From: Octopus vulgaris
Lineage: Eukaryota
Direction: 5' to 3'
DNA length: 64,000 nt
Assembly (NCBI GenBank): GCA_951406725.2
Contig: OX597814.1
Location: forward strand, 170,376,001-170,440,000
The notes under the pieces were generated by a model. The model saw only the letters and a program-made list of their open reading frames with translations. It made no database searches and was not told where the DNA came from. Each line of letters begins with the position of its first letter. The stretch's first letter is position 1. Both the position numbers and the translations under genes were made by a program. This document shows positions 1 to 13,864 of the stretch, one piece after another.

Positions 1-840
1 TAGAACGTCAAGAAAGATTCCTTGTGGCATTGAGTTAATGACCTTTTATATTCCGAGTTCTAACCTTGCTGAGATAACTTTGCTTTCCATCCTTTTGGGC
101 CAGTTCAATAGTGAAGTAATAGGGTTGATGTAACTGACTTCCTCCTTCCCTCCTAAATTTGAAGCCTCGTACGGAATCATTATTTTTAGCATAATTTTCT
201 CCTGTTCCAAGCTTGTGGTACAAGAATACTTTACTTATACATTTTTGTTAGCCTTTTATTTGATTCCCGTCTTACGCTGTTGTGATAGGAATTTCTTACA
301 AAACAATGTGATAAGCAAAATTGGTTTTATTCACTTGATGAAAGCAAGCAAAGGGGAAAAGAAGCAAAGTAAAAATTAGTAAAATCTTGTGGTTTACTTG
401 AAGTATTTCAAGTATGTTATTAACAGATAAAAGATTATTATTAGAAGGTTAAAAACAATACTGATTACAGAAGACCAAATAAAATCAGTTATATCAGCTT
501 TAAATAACCCTTATCATAAACTGATAAATCTGTGGATGTTCAACAGTTGTTAGGAATAAGTAATTGTCATCAGCAATTCTATTGAACAAGAAGAGCATTA
601 TAGATTAAAAACAAAAACGTCTTCAAGAATGGTAATCATCAAGTGCCATTTGTGTTTTGTTGTAAATTAATTACAATTAATTGATTTATTTTGTTTTACT
701 ATTTTGATTCAACTTTTGCAATCTAGGTTAACAAGGGAATTGTGTGGATACTCTGTCTACTAGAAATAACAACCAAATCTCTTTCATATCACACAGTAAG
801 GAGACATTGAAGAATATGATTTTATATATATACATACATA

Positions 841-1959
841 CTAGCTGAATTACCCAGTAATACCCGGAAAAGCAGGAGTTATTTCCAGTTCCTATTCCCA
901 TTACACTGTTTCACGTCCTATCCCCAATCCTATGTCAATATATAAATTTTAGAATCAGTTAGGTGTAATTAAGCCATTAAATATTTTATTAACCTTTATG
1001 GTAATAGTTTATTGCTAAAAATAGGTATTACAAATTATTAATACGATTAGTTGGGTGAATAAGGAATGTCCCTGTTATTTTAACAAACGAATATGCATTT
1101 GAGTAAAATAAATGAGTTGACCGGTAATACTGGGAAAGCGGGGGTTATCCCCAGTTCCTGTTTACTGTTGCACTGTTCCATGTCCTATCCCATTTCCTGT
1201 TCAGTTTCTGTCTTCATGCCTAAACCAGCAAACATTGACAAATAGTCTGCATATTGTAGTTGGCATTGTCACGTGTCATAGCTTGGGGGACCCATTATAG
1301 ATTTTTATTGAAATCCAATTCACCTGTAATTCAACTGGATGTTAGGAACAAATAAATAACAAAATCAGATTTAACGTAGAAAATTATTTCAATATACCAA
1401 ATTTGAAACTTTTGACATAAATTTAAAATCTCACAATATGTGACAGCAACTGGGAAGACAGACAGTTATAGGACGTGACACACACACACACACACAAATT
1501 TACAAATGTACCTACAGGTAATCATGAGTTTAAAATAGTGTATAGTAGACATGTATGCATGTACATATCTGTAAATGTGTATGTGTATCTGTGTGTGAGT
1601 ATTTTTTTGCGATGGACATCAGAAAAGCCACCTACCCCCTCTTCTCTTAAAGCTATGTATTCTTCACATCCACCTTTCTGTGTGTGTGTGTTGTATTTGC
1701 AAAAGTAAAGTCACCATCACTCTGCTACTACCTTTCCCTCTGACTAATACTTTTTGCAACCTTCTCATTTTATCATATAATTCGCCCAACACCCCTGGGG
1801 AGCATATTATCGATTTTTATTGAAATCCAATTAGCCTATTGTTGAACTGGATGTTAATGTAACATGTATGCAAAGTTTCGAGAATATTGGTTTGCTGGTT
1901 TAGGCACCAAGATGGTCACAGACAGACAGAAAGACAGAAATTGCCTTTTATATATTAGA
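841..1959 (-). mobile_element. Non-autonomous Helitron-like element
   Basis: The - strand begins TCTAATATATAAAA followed by (CTGT)n and ends CTAG after a short GC hairpin (CCGGGTATTACTGG). It is inserted between A and T with no TSD and has internal duplicated blocks (about 855-930/1120-1195 and 1300-1345/1812-1856). Confidence 0.7.
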
Positions 1960-2184
1960 TATGTCTGGAAAAAGTGATGGTATGTTCAAGGAAGCACTTT
2001 TGATGATAGGTCCACCCTGTTCAAGTAAACATATAGGACTAAATGACTACAACTTTAACACTTGTATCATAGCTCTGTTGCACCTCTTCATTTTTTTTGT
2101 TCCCCTTCTGTTTTATCCATCAATCAATCATATAAACCTTATCACTCCTCCTAAATCTATCGATAAAGCAAAGTACCAATCTAG

Positions 2185-2590
2185 TACTCTCTTTACTCTT
2201 TTACTTGTTTCAGTCACTTGACTGCGGCCATGCTGGAGCACCGCCTTTAGTCGAGCAATTCGACCTCGGGACTTATTCTTTGGAAGCCTAGTACTTATTC
2301 TATCGGTTTCTTTTGCCGAACTGCTAAGTGACGGGGACATAAGCACACCAGCATCGGTTGTCAAGCGATGTTGGGGAAACAAACACAGACACACAAACAT
2401 ACACACACACACACACATACATATATACAATGGGCTTCTTTGAGTTTCCGTCTACCAACTCCACTCAGGGCTTTGGTCAGACCGAGGCTATAGTAGAAGA
2501 CACTTGCCCAAGGTGCCATGCAGCAAGACTGAACCCGGAACCATATAGTTGGTAAGCAAGCTACTTACCACACAGCCACTCCTGCACCTA
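2185..2590 (-). mobile_element. tRNA-derived SINE, family 1 (about 400 bp, central CA/TA microsatellite, AGAGTA-like tail)
   Basis: The - strand head AGGTGCAGGAGTGGCTGTGTGGTAAG...GGTTCAGTC has A- and B-box-like motifs. Many further copies occur in the window (e.g. 6865, 17343, 28763, 62155). Confidence 0.85.
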
Positions 2591-2835
2591 GTAGTACTGG
2601 AGTTAGTATAATCCCCTCCCCTCAAATTTGCTGGCCTTTTGCCTAAATTAGAAACAATTGTTTTGCCACTAGTAATAATTATATATTTTATGCATAAATG
2701 TATCTATTGATTCTCTTCCGTCTATCAATTTCTTGATTGAGTTTTATCGTCTTTCCTTTGTTCCTTTTCCTCCAATTTCATGTATTGATTTGTTGATTGG
2801 TTTTAAAACTATCAACCTGTCTTTATCATTTTCAG

Positions 2836-2953
2836 ATAATTCAAATACCATCTCATCAAACTCAGACGACCTTGCTGGCTTTCTGGATGTTTTCCTATTT
2901 AATGACTTAGCATCTACACAATTGAGACTGTCTCAAAGAGTTTTGTTGTTTAG
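2836..2953 (+). other. Candidate upstream exon (118 nt) of the EZH2 transcript, either 5'UTR or uORF-coding
   Basis: Pyrimidine tract TCTTTATCATTTTCAG acceptor, consensus donor AG|GTAAGT, non-repetitive sequence, one frame open throughout. No homology recognised. Confidence 0.5.
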
Positions 2954-3135
2954 GTAAGTAGCGTTTCTTAATACAGAGTTGTGTTTGACCAATACATTAT
3001 AAATGGAATTTTTTCATGATGGAAACTGTGTACCTGTTCATTCATACCTACCTTTTGCATAATGCCGAGTCAAGTGGCTCAAATAGAGTAAGAAATAAGA
3101 TAGAAAGAATATGATGATTTAGCAAAGAAATGTTT

Positions 3136-3364
3136 TTAACCCTTTCGTTACCAACCCGGCTGAAACCGGCTCTGGCTCTGTAGTACAAATGTCTTGTTTT
3201 CATAAATTTTGAATTAAAATCTTCCAGCAAACCTTAGTCACAATTTATGTTCCTAACACTAGCTGAATGATAACCAAGTTATTTTACTAAATTCTTTGTT
3301 ACATCTAAAATAATTGAAAGAAACACAGAACATCTCAAAATAAATACGGTAATGAAAGGGTTAA
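3136..3364. mobile_element. TTAA-flanked MITE family A (piggyBac-like ends)
   Basis: TTAA CCCTTTCGTTAC ... GTAATGAAAGGG TTAA: terminal inverted repeats plus TTAA TSD. Near-identical copies at 15354, 29780, 38369 and 52789. Confidence 0.85.
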
Positions 3365-3443
3365 ATTGTTTCTTAGTACAGGCAATAAAGGCTTCATTAG
3401 TTTATTATTTCACTACAAGAATAGAAAAAATGTTCTGTATATA

Positions 3444-4729
3444 CAAGGGTAAGTAAAAAAATTACATGCACTCTTGTTTCTGAAATTTATTGAAACAAAA
3501 GCAGGGTTTGAACAATTTCACCATTTCTTTACTTAGTCTCTTTGCTTTTCGGTGGACCTCTTCTATTGGTCTACAAGCTTGCTTGTTCCATCAGAGAAGT
3601 TTTTCAGCTGGTTGTGCAGCCATTTATGCACCACTTCCTGCATTTCTTTGCTCATAGCAAACCAAAGACCTCATAAAGGATGTTTGATCTGTCCAGAGAA
3701 GTGATAGTTGGAAGGGGCAAGATCTGAAATGCATGCAGGAGGTTCCAGCAACTCAAAACCCAATTTTTTAATGGTTTCAACAGTATGGGTGGTTGTATGG
3801 GTGTGCATTGTTGTACAACAATAAAACTTGATTTGGTAATAGACCTCAGCATATGGTGTGAATTACTACTTTCAGTTTGTTGGTTAGCATTTCACTGTAG
3901 CTTACACTGGTGACTGTAGACCTCCTTCTCCAGGTAATGTTCCTGTGTAGGCCCTTTGGCATCCAAAAAAATATAGCATCATTTTTTCTGTGGAAAATTG
4001 AGTTTAAAATTTTTTTTTCACTGGTAATTCTGGGTGTTTCCACAACATACTTTACCTTTTGGATTCTGGCTCAAAGTAATGAACCCAAGTTTCATCACCT
4101 ATGACTTTTCTATCCACAACAGCTGTGCCTTCCCCATTGTAATGGTCAAGTAAGTGTCGACAGATCTCCCCACGATTGTGCTTATGCACTTCTGAAAGCT
4201 CACTTGGCATCCGTCTCACACAGATTTTATAGAAGCGAATGTGGATGGTTTCATATGCAGAACCACGACTAATTTGCAAGGAACATGCCACCTTATTAAT
4301 GATCACTTGTCAGTTTGCCAGAACCATCTCTTGAGCTTGTTGAATCTTCCCATCAGTGGTGGATGTTGATGGGCGTCCTATTCTCTCTCCAGGCTTCACA
4401 TTTTTGGGGCCATTTTTAAACTTCCACGTGGTAGAGCACTGTCTCTGTATTTTACTGAAAGGCTGCAATGACAGCTTTCTGGAGTCCCTGACACTCCTTC
4501 ACACCAAAGTAATCGGATCACTGATTTTTGTTCTTCCTTGGTGCACACTACCAGCAGAGTGGCCATATTTACTCTGTAACACAAGAAAAAAAAAACTGGA
4601 ATGATTAAAGTCAAACCTTGCTTATGTAACCACAGGAGTACCATCTTTTAGCATGCAAGTGCTGAAGGAAGTGCAGTTAACCTAAAGAAAGTTTTAGTAG
4701 CAGTGTGGATAATGCTTAACTTCCCCTAG
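3444..4729 (-). mobile_element. Degenerate full-length mariner transposon (about 1.29 kb), transposase pseudogene
   Basis: - strand fragments MATLLVVCTKEEQKSVIRLLWCEGV, RRMPSELS (WVPREL-like) and GDETWVHYFEPESKR. Decayed TIRs (TA-CAAGGGTAAGT...ACTTCCCCTAG). Stops and frameshifts present. Confidence 0.85.
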
Positions 4730-5404
4730 AATTTATGGTAGCCTGTATGTGAGTGAGAGAGAGAGAAAGAGAGAGTATATGTGTGTGTGTATATAAAGGT
4801 TGAGCAAGAGATAGGGTATGACAAAACATACACTCAGATCAAGCATATTTGTAAATATCATAATGTAATTGTAGCAATTATTATATAAATATTTTTATTT
4901 AAGTGCTATGAGTATATTATGTATGGTGTGTGTGTGCGTGTGAAGAAAATCGCTACCCACTACCTATTACCTATCCAGGGTTACGGAAAGGAGACAACCT
5001 TCAGAGAAATCCGGAGTGGAGCACCGTAGGCGGTTTAGTGTTTGACCCTCTTCCTGCAGCTCCTGCAACCAAGCTGGGTGCCAAACGTAATGCTCTGCAC
5101 TCCTTTGGACTATGTCAGCAAGGTCGAGAGAGGAATCTTGACGATTGGGCTACCCAGGATTTTCTTACATCTAGCCCAGGCCTGCGCAAAACTGGAGAGG
5201 ACGTGAAATGTAAAAACCAGACTGGATTAGTTTATGCGCAACTCCATTGTCTCCCGAGACAAAAGGATGCCAACAACATGTGTGTGCGTGTATGTCTTTT
5301 ACTGGTTATAGGATTGCAACAAGGCTGGGGCACTGTTTTCAAGGGTTTAGTCAAGCTTATCAACCTCAGTAGTTATTTTCAAGTTTTAAGTCAACCTAGG
5401 CCTT

Positions 5405-5666
5405 CATCATCATCATCATCATCGTTTAACATCCGTTTTCCGCGCTAGCACGGGTTGGACAGTTCGACCGGGGTCTGGGAAGCCAGGAGGCTGCACCAGG
5501 CTCCAGTCTGATCTGGCAGTGTTTCTACAGCTGGATGCCCTTCCTAACGCCAACCACTTCGCGAGTGTACTGGGTGCTTTTTACGTGCCACCGGCACAGG
5601 TGCCAGGGGAGTCTGGCATCGGCCACGATCGGTTGGTGCTTTTAACGTGCCACCGGCACGGAAGCC
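5405..5666 (-). mobile_element. Short (GAT)n-tailed retroposon (SINE or LINE 3' end), family 3
   Basis: (CAT)n followed by CGTTTAACATCCG...GGATGCCCTTCCTAACGCCAACCAC. The same sequence recurs in both orientations across the window. Confidence 0.75.
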
Positions 5667-6629
5667 TTGTGAATGAAATTAGGTAGACAGCAACAGTATG
5701 AAAGTCCATTGATTGTACTACCAGCCTGAAATTATATATGCTTCATGTATTTGTACCATTACAGCCTTTTCTGTTGCATTTTGCATCTAATTCTTTTTAT
5801 ATTTAGGTTTTCCCTGAGCCCAATTGTGTTCCCATTATTCATGTACAGTAACATTACACATCCAGTAGAATATTCTCATTTCTTCACTCCTTTGCATTCA
5901 AGTCCCTTTTCCTATTGTTATGCATCATTGTTGTTTATGCACAAAGATCAAACAATCTGCTTTTCACTTTGAAGGAGAGGGGTCCTATGTTAGCAGCAGC
6001 TGTACTAACTCCTTGAACTTTTCCATTCCATTCTTACTCTTGCTGCTGTGTTTACAGAACACCCTTTGTTACTACCAATTAGGTTACCTAGGAAACAATA
6101 ATCTATCAAGTACTTCTAGGGAGACATCTGAACATGTGAGAGAGTCTTTTTCATATTATGTACTTTTAATGCTTACTGTGCTTGTGTATCTGTCACATAA
6201 AATTGAGTGTGTGCATGTGTGTTTTTTATTGATCTGTCTTGTCTGGTCTCTTGAAGCTATATGTCAACACTATACATTTGTCTGGGTATGTGATCATCAT
6301 CATCATCATGTTTCTTAATATTGTAAATCTATGAATGGCCATAAGTCCAACGAAGGCTAGCAAGCTGAAACATCAAAGTCAATCACCAGTCTCCTTGCAA
6401 AAAAAAAAAAAAGTATCATGTATAATCCAAATAAGAAAACAAAAAAAAAAGGGTTTAGCACATCTGGTTTCTATACCACTTTATTTTTAATTCCAATGTA
6501 TGCAGAAGTTCCATGTGAAAAGTTATGTAATAATTGTGGCTTTAAACATTAGAGTGGCACTTCAGATTTGCAACAAAAGGTGCATTCTAATATATATGAA
6601 ATGTGTGTATATGCATGTGCATATATATA

Positions 6630-6846
6630 TTTCTTTACTACCCACAAGGGGCTAAACATAGAGGGGACAAACAAAGGGATTAAGTCGATTATATCGACCC
6701 CAGTGCGTAACTGGTACTTAATTTATCGACCCCGAAAGGATGAAAGGCAAAGTCGACCTCGGCTGAATTTGAACCCAGAACACGTGACAGCAGACGAAAT
6801 ACGGCTACACATTTCGCCCTGCGTGCTAACGATTCTGCCAGCTCGC
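6630..6846 (-). mobile_element. tRNA-derived SINE, family 2 (about 210 bp)
   Basis: - strand GCGAGCTGGCAGAATCGTTAGCAC...GGGTTCAAATTCAGCCGAGG (A- and B-box-like). The conserved core TTTCATCCTTTCGGGGTCGATAAA recurs many times in the window. Confidence 0.85.
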
Positions 6847-6864
6847 ATGTGCATATATATGTCT

Positions 6865-7100
6865 TTTAGTCTTTTATCTGTTTCAGTCATTTGACTGTGG
6901 CCATGCTGGAGCACTGCCTTTAGTCTAACAAATCAACGCCAGGACTTATTCTTTGTAAGCCTAGTACTTATTCTATCAGCCTCTTTTGCCAAACTGCTAA
7001 GTCACGAAGATGTAAACACAGCAACATCAGTTGTCAAGCAATGGTGGGAGGACAAACACAGACACACAAACATATACACATATAAATATATTTATGTGTG

Positions 7101-7131
<31 letters not shown>

Positions 7132-7154
7132 GATGATGATGATGATGATGATGA

Positions 7155-7202
<48 letters not shown>

Positions 7203-7371
7203 ACACACACAACAGGCTTTTTTCAGTTTCCGTCTACCAGATCCACTCACAAGGCTTTAGTCAGCCCGAGGCTATAGTAGAAGACACTTGCCCAAGGTGT
7301 CACGCGGTGGGACTGAACCCAGAACCTTAAGGTTGGTAAGCAAGGTACTTACTACACAGTCACTCGTGCCT
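6865..7371 (-). mobile_element. SINE family 1 with expanded internal (TA)n(GAT)n(TA)n microsatellite
   Basis: Same head and tail as 2185-2590; microsatellite at about 7095-7210. Confidence 0.85.
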
Positions 7372-7445
7372 ATATATATATATAATAATAATAACCATCA
7401 TCATCATCCTTTAATGTCTGTTTTCCATGCTGGCATGGGTTAGAC

Positions 7446-7750
7446 CAGGGTTCGGAGGACTTTTTAAACCAATTACCTCAAAATATATTTATTTACACTG
7501 ATGTTACTCCCTTGATTTGAAAGGAAGAAAATCATAGATTCTTTGAAATCAAAAGGTTTATTAAATCTATTTTATTGACTCTATTTATATGACGTTGGAC
7601 AGATGTAGTGTTGTCAAAAGAAAAATTTCTGTTGCAACAAGGAAAACGTTTTCTACATAATTTTACTTATGTCTAATTAGTCCCCATTACCCAACAAGAA
7701 TTTCATTTTTACCCCACTTGGGGTAAATTACCCTGTTTCGCCGATCCTTG
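7446..7750. mobile_element. hAT-like MITE inserted in a family 3 element
   Basis: Ends CAGGGTTCGG...CCGATCCTTG. 8-bp TSD GGTTAGAC/GGTTAGAT (7438-7445, 7751-7758). Confidence 0.7.
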
Positions 7751-8003
7751 GGTTAGATAGTTTGACTGAAACTAGTAAGCTGGAGAGCTACACCAGGTTC
7801 CAGTCTGATTTAGCGTAGTTTCTCCAGAGTCTAATGGGTGCTTTTTACGTGCCACCAGCATGGGTGCCAATTTATGTGACGCCAGCATTGGCCACAACTA
7901 TGATTTCTCTTGGCTTGACAAGCCTTCTTAAGCACAGCATAGCGCCAAAGCTTTAAGTCATTTGTCATCATCTCCATGAGGCCCAACATTCAAAGCATAT
8001 ATA

Positions 8004-8284
8004 CCGTTCGTGTCCGTTGCCAGCCTCGCCTGGCCCCCGTGCCGGTGACACGTAAAAGCACCATCCGTTCGTGGCCGTTTGCCAGCTCTGTCTGGCACCT
8101 GTGCGGGTGGCACGTAAGAAGCACCCACTACACTCACGGAGTGGTTGGCGTTAGGAAGGGCATCCAGCCGTAGAAACACTGCCAGATCTGACTGGGCCTG
8201 AGGAAGCCTTCCAGCTTCACAGACCCCAGTTGAACCGTCCAACCCATGCTAGCATGGAAAGCGGACGCTAAATGATGATGATGA
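8004..8284 (+). mobile_element. Young family 3 retroposon copy, (GAT)n tail
   Basis: Nearly identical to 26515-26792 and 37855-37992, CpGs retained, internal repeats of GACACGTAAAAGCACC. Confidence 0.8.
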
Positions 8285-11200
8285 TATATATAAGAGTACT
8301 TGATGTCATAGCAGAAATTAATAATATTTTCAGTTTGGTTGCATCAGTTTCTTGCTACTCTGAGTTTTGTCTATGAGTGTGTGTGTCTATATATACAGAT
8401 TCTGTAAGCAAATAATGTTTAACACTTACATCACCAGTGAATATATTCATAAGCCACATGAAAGGAAGAACAAATCAAAAGCTGTATGGTACTTTGTTTC
8501 GAAATCATAAAACGAACACTGTAGATATAAACATTTCTACCACTTAGTATTATGCTGTGTGATCTGGCTAAATTAAACTACGGACAATATTTTTCTGCTG
8601 TTACTAATATGCAGACAGAACAAACTCCTGCACTGGCTCTAAGCTCAAAGTACTACACTATATCGATCATGTAATTTGTTGATCTTAGACAATGTACATT
8701 ACTTTTCTTGCCTCAGTCTAGTTATTAAAAAGAGGAAGGTATTTCTATATTATGGTTGAGCATTTAATTTTAGATAAGAGCATACAACTGTGAAAATATT
8801 TGCTCCAGCAATTCGTGTGCTAATTTACCAAAATAGGAAAGGTTAGCAAATCAAACAAAAAGAAAAAAATACCTTGTGCCAGTAGGGTAAAAAAAAAAAA
8901 GGTTAAAATGTTTAGAGTTCTCTCCATGCTGGGGTACCTCTTATGCACGTATTTGCTTTGTGTATTTGTCGGTTAGTGTTTTGTCTGTTCATGCTTAAAG
9001 TTGTTTAGTTGCAGGTTAGCTTTGATCAAGCAAATTTATGATCAGAGGTATTCTAGCCATGACTATCTCCTGTTGCTTTTGAATCTTAAAGCAGTTAATT
9101 TACAGTCTCTTACTGTCCACATTTCCATGCTTGCATAGGTCAGATGGAGTTTGTTGCTGCAGATATTTCAACAGCTAGACACTCTTCCTGTTTCCAAGCA
9201 AGGTAATATTTCTCTGTAGCCAGACGTAGTTTACATGGAAGACTGGGAGTGAACAGCATTGCTTGTATGACAGCAATGTTCATTTACAACCATCATGTAA
9301 TGCCAAGACAAAGGTACATACATACATATGATGATGATCATCATTAGTGTTCTCCTTCTATGCTAGCATGGATTGGATGGTTTGATAGGAGCTAATGAGT
9401 CAGAAGACTGCATCAAGCTCTACTGTCTGCTATGGCATGGTTTCTGCAGCTGGATGCCCTTCCTAATGCCAACCACTTTATAGGCATACATGTCAGACAC
9501 CCACACAGTTTCTGTCTACCAAAATTCATTCATAAGGAAGACATTTGCCCAATGTGCTACACAGTGGAACTAAACCCAAAACCACATGGTTTCAAAGCAA
9601 GCTTCATCCTGGAAGTAAAGAGCAAAGATACATCATCTTTGATAAACACAGGCAAAGAGAATAAATCTAAATTCTTCTGTGAAGATAAACATGTGGTACA
9701 TAGAACATCTGTATACTTCACTTATGATGTGATCAGAATGAATGATAGAATTATTCTGTTAAATTGTTCTTAGTTGTTGTTGTTGTTGTTGTTAAATCTC
9801 AGGCCACCTCTGAAATGGCAATTGTTAAATCATAAATATTTCAGCTGTAGCCATCCAATCAATTTTTTTTCTTTTTGAGACAGCAGACATGTATTACTTT
9901 CTTTTTAAAGACAGCTGTATATCAATATGAAAGAGATGTGGCTGCTACTTCTAACAAGTCAAATGACCGTGTACAAAATTTCTTCAGTTTAATGTGGAGA
10001 TTATTGTTATAATCCCTACACTGGCAAAATTCATGATAAGCCTTATCAAATAAACAGAATTAGCACACCCCTCACTGTCCTTTTTTAAAATTCTGACCCT
10101 TAGTCAGCCTTAATCACACAAACATATGATCATCATTTACCCATAGTTTTACTATCCAGAGCCCTCTTTTTTTCAAGATAGTAGGATTTGAGGGTGATTT
10201 AACTGCTCTTTCAGCCATGTAGAACAGTAATTCTCAACCACATTTTTACCCATGAACCCCTTTGATTATTATTTTATTCTGATGGACTGCCATAGCCATT
10301 CAGTGTTTAAATGCTAGCTTTATAGATGCATCTTCTCAAATTCCTATTTGGTTTTTCACCCGTTCGCTTGTATAAGTTTGCCATAGTTCTCTCTCTGAGA
10401 GAACATGTTTCAGTTGCCAGAAACATGTTATACTATGTAAAACATTAGAGAAAGAAACCTAGCTGTTTCTTGCAAGAAATACATTTCAAGTAAAAGTTTT
10501 TTTTCATGGACCCTTAAAACACTACTGTGGATCCCTAATTTTCTATTTTGCTTGCATGGAGCCTCAGAGTTGATGTAGTGACTCCCTTGTAGGCTCAGAG
10601 AATATTGCAGTCCTTGGTTGGCCCACTTGCCCGTTTGGTTATTAGGTCATCATTGATATCTCTGTATTTAAGCAGTGTCTATAGGGCAAGAATTAGTCTT
10701 ACAAAACCATCCCTCCTTAAGTATGGGCTAAGAAATCACTTGTTAATTTTATAGTGCATCTACTAATCCATCTGTTGAGTTGCATTTTATCTCCTGGTGG
10801 TAACTATGTACAACTAAGCAAGTGTAGGATGTGGGTAATTTTGAAATGATTTTAGCAACAGATGGTGGTTCAAATTCCTTTGGTTATTGACTTTTTCTAC
10901 AGTTCTCAGTACTCTGGTAATGTAGAATTTCAGTGATTTGAGGAAGATCTGATTGTTGTTTTTGTATCTTGAGCAACTGCATAGCTCTGATCTTTTCAGG
11001 TTTTAGTGGACAGTCAAACAAGCACAAGCTAAATTTTGTGCTCTCCAGGTTACCTCTGATTGAGCAGACATATGACCAAAGGCTTTCCAAATGTTACCTT
11101 CCTACTTCCCCCTTCCTCCTTTTTTCTATCAGCTTTTTTTTTTTTTGGAACAGTAGGAGGGATTAGGATGGAGGTATATATTTCATTGCTATTTCTAGCA

Positions 11201-11317
11201 GGTCAAGAGACCATGTAGTAACTCCTTCACTGACTTGCTTTTATGTTCTAGTAGTGATTCTCATGGGATGGGATGGTGACTGTGGAGTTTAGAAAGCAGG
11301 CAGACAAATTGCCCTGT

Positions 11318-11495
11318 TTAACCCTTTAGCATACAAACTGGACAGATCCAGCCTCTCACACCTACCCTACACTGTCATTCTAAAAATGAACAATCACATC
11401 ATCGAAGTTTCAAAGTTGTTAGATAATACATGATTAATTCAAAACAATGTGAAAAAATGAGCATTACATTTAACTTCTGAATGCTAAAAGATTAA
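11318..11495. mobile_element. TTAA-flanked MITE family B (internally deleted)
   Basis: TTAACCCTTTAGC...GCTAAAAGATTAA. Homologous to 18338-18550, 21097-21323, 31842-32061 and 33332-33559. Confidence 0.7.
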
Positions 11496-11626
11496 TATAA
11501 TTAAGATTTTTTTTAAAAATTGTCCTACATTATGGTTGAGAGAGAATTATTATTATTATAAATATAAACTTAATTTTATCGTCTCATTTATAAAGAAGGA
11601 GGGAAAAGGTAAAAAGTTTCACAGAT

Positions 11627-11764
11627 AAGAAGCTAGCTTCCCAACCACATGGTTCCAGGTTTAGTCCCATTGTGTGGCATTTTGGGCAAGTGTCTTCTAC
11701 TATAACCTTGGACCAACCAAAGCTTTGTGAGTGAATTTGGTAGATGGAAACTGAAAGATGCCTG

Positions 11765-11820
<56 letters not shown>

Positions 11821-12258
11821 GGAGAGTTCACAAAAAGAACAAGACGAAGACAGGTGGTGTAGAAAACAAACAGATGTTTTAGTATAACGCTCAGGAATTG
11901 AAAAAGTCTTTTACATTTTGAGCCTATGCTCTTCTACAGAAAGGGACACAAAAAAAAACAAATAGAGAAACAGAGAAAGAGAAAAAAAATGTGTGTAGTG
12001 GCTACCGATCTATCATGGCAACACACACACACACACACACACACAGATGCATGTGTCTGTTTGTCCCCCTGCCATTGCTTGACAACTTATGTTGGTGTGT
12101 TTATGTCCCTGTAACCTAGCGGTTCAGCAAAGGAGTCTGATAGAATAAGTACTAGGCTTACGAAGAATAATTCCTAGGGTCAATTTCTTCAACTATAACC
12201 CTTTATGGTGGTGCTCCAGCATGGCCGCTGTCAGATGGCTGAAACAAGTTAAAGAATA
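11627..12258 (+). mobile_element. SINE family 1 with a roughly 200-bp insertion (11818-12018) in its TA microsatellite
   Basis: SINE 5' part at 11627-11766 and 3' part at 12050-12258. The insert is homologous to 27137-27310. Confidence 0.75.
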
Positions 12259-13418
12259 ATTTTTGTGGCCCTGGCATTTATCAGTTTGAGAACCACTAAT
12301 ACAGTAGATATAGAAATTAAAGACAGGAGATCAAAGCAAAGACAATGATATTGAAATAATTGTATTCATTTGAATTCTGGGAGGATTAGAGTGTAAACCT
12401 ATCCTTAATTAGTGATATGGGTTTTTTGTTCTTTTTTAAATTTTAGCTAATCTCCTCAAGCTCCCTACAAACCGATAAGGTGATAACAACCACCACTACC
12501 ACCACCACCACACCCATCACTACCACTTTCTGAACTGGGAGATGGAGAATAATTGAATGAAATTAATATTTATTTTGAATTCTTATAGGAAAAACAAGAG
12601 TAGAATGGAACTCCATAGAGACTTAGTTGTTGTGAAGAATGATGTCGGCAAAGTATTGAATATGATGTCTGGGAAGCTTTTGTGGTGGTGCTTTAAGCTT
12701 CAGCTCTCATTTGGCTTTGGCAAGAGATTAACTGTGATAATAGCTTTGATAATCTTTAGTTGTGATCGTTTACATTTGTCAAAAGCTCTTGTTATCTGTT
12801 CCTCTTGAGAATTACAATTAAAATGTCGTTAGTGTTTTGGTGACATAATGACTAAAAGACAGTAAACAGTTTCCATTCTGGCTTTCAGATATGATTTTGA
12901 TTCAAGAATTCTTTTTAAGCCTATTCAACCAATTGGATACAACATTGAATAATCATAGAAATTGTATTTGTGCATGTTTTGTGTGTGTGTGTGTGAGAGA
13001 TGTGCTGTTTTCATCATTATTTCAATATTTTATATGTGCATCTGCTCTGGAATATATGCATTCATATAATTATAGCACTTATGTGTGGGTTTATATGTAT
13101 GTGTATATATTTTCTTATTCTTTTACTGGTTTCATTAATGGACTGTGGCCATGCTGAGGCACCACCTTCAAGAGTTTTTGGGGTGGCGTGGACATATGGT
13201 AACACAAGTATGTGTATCAAGTGTACTTTCTCATTCCATCTCTCTCTCCCTTCCTCTCTCTCTCACATAAAATCTACATACATGCATACATATCTAAATA
13301 AGTGCCTGTAGAACATAAATAGTGGAACATTTATTGTCATCAAACAACTGACAATGTTGTAAAGCTTACAAAATGTCCTTATCTGTCAGTTTATAAGTTA
13401 CATAGTGTATGATGTGTG

Positions 13419-13454
<36 letters not shown>

Positions 13455-13828
13455 GTTGTGTCAACACTGATTTTTTTTTCTTCTTTATTTGTCTTTGGTT
13501 TCATCAATACCATGAACACAGGAAAATCAATGTCACCGTTGTTTCTATACAGAATCCTTTAAATAGCTTTTAGTGCATTTAATGAACAGCAGCTGAGTTG
13601 ATGGAAGCTTACATGAGGAGCAGGAGGGTAGAGTCGGAATGGTGTGTGGAGGGACTTTTGAGGACAAACATTTACGGATCAGAAATCTTAAATTGATTTG
13701 AATGTGGTCAAGTCACTTTGTTGTTTTTATTGTTACCCCTCTTACACCATTCTGTTTGGTTTGCAGTAAAAGAGTGACATTGCCAAAAGTTCATTGACTG
13801 ATATCATCATTGGGTTTCATATCTTTAT

Positions 13829-13864
<36 letters not shown>

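Noticed and set aside
4930-5448. 172-aa ORF, the longest in the track
   Set aside because: It starts in a TG repeat, runs through repeat-derived sequence into a (CAT)n retroposon tail, and has no recognisable domain or splice support.
12447-12479. Possible 33-nt exon (TTTTAG...AAG|GTGATA)
   Set aside because: Weak donor, no homology, and not needed by the gene model.
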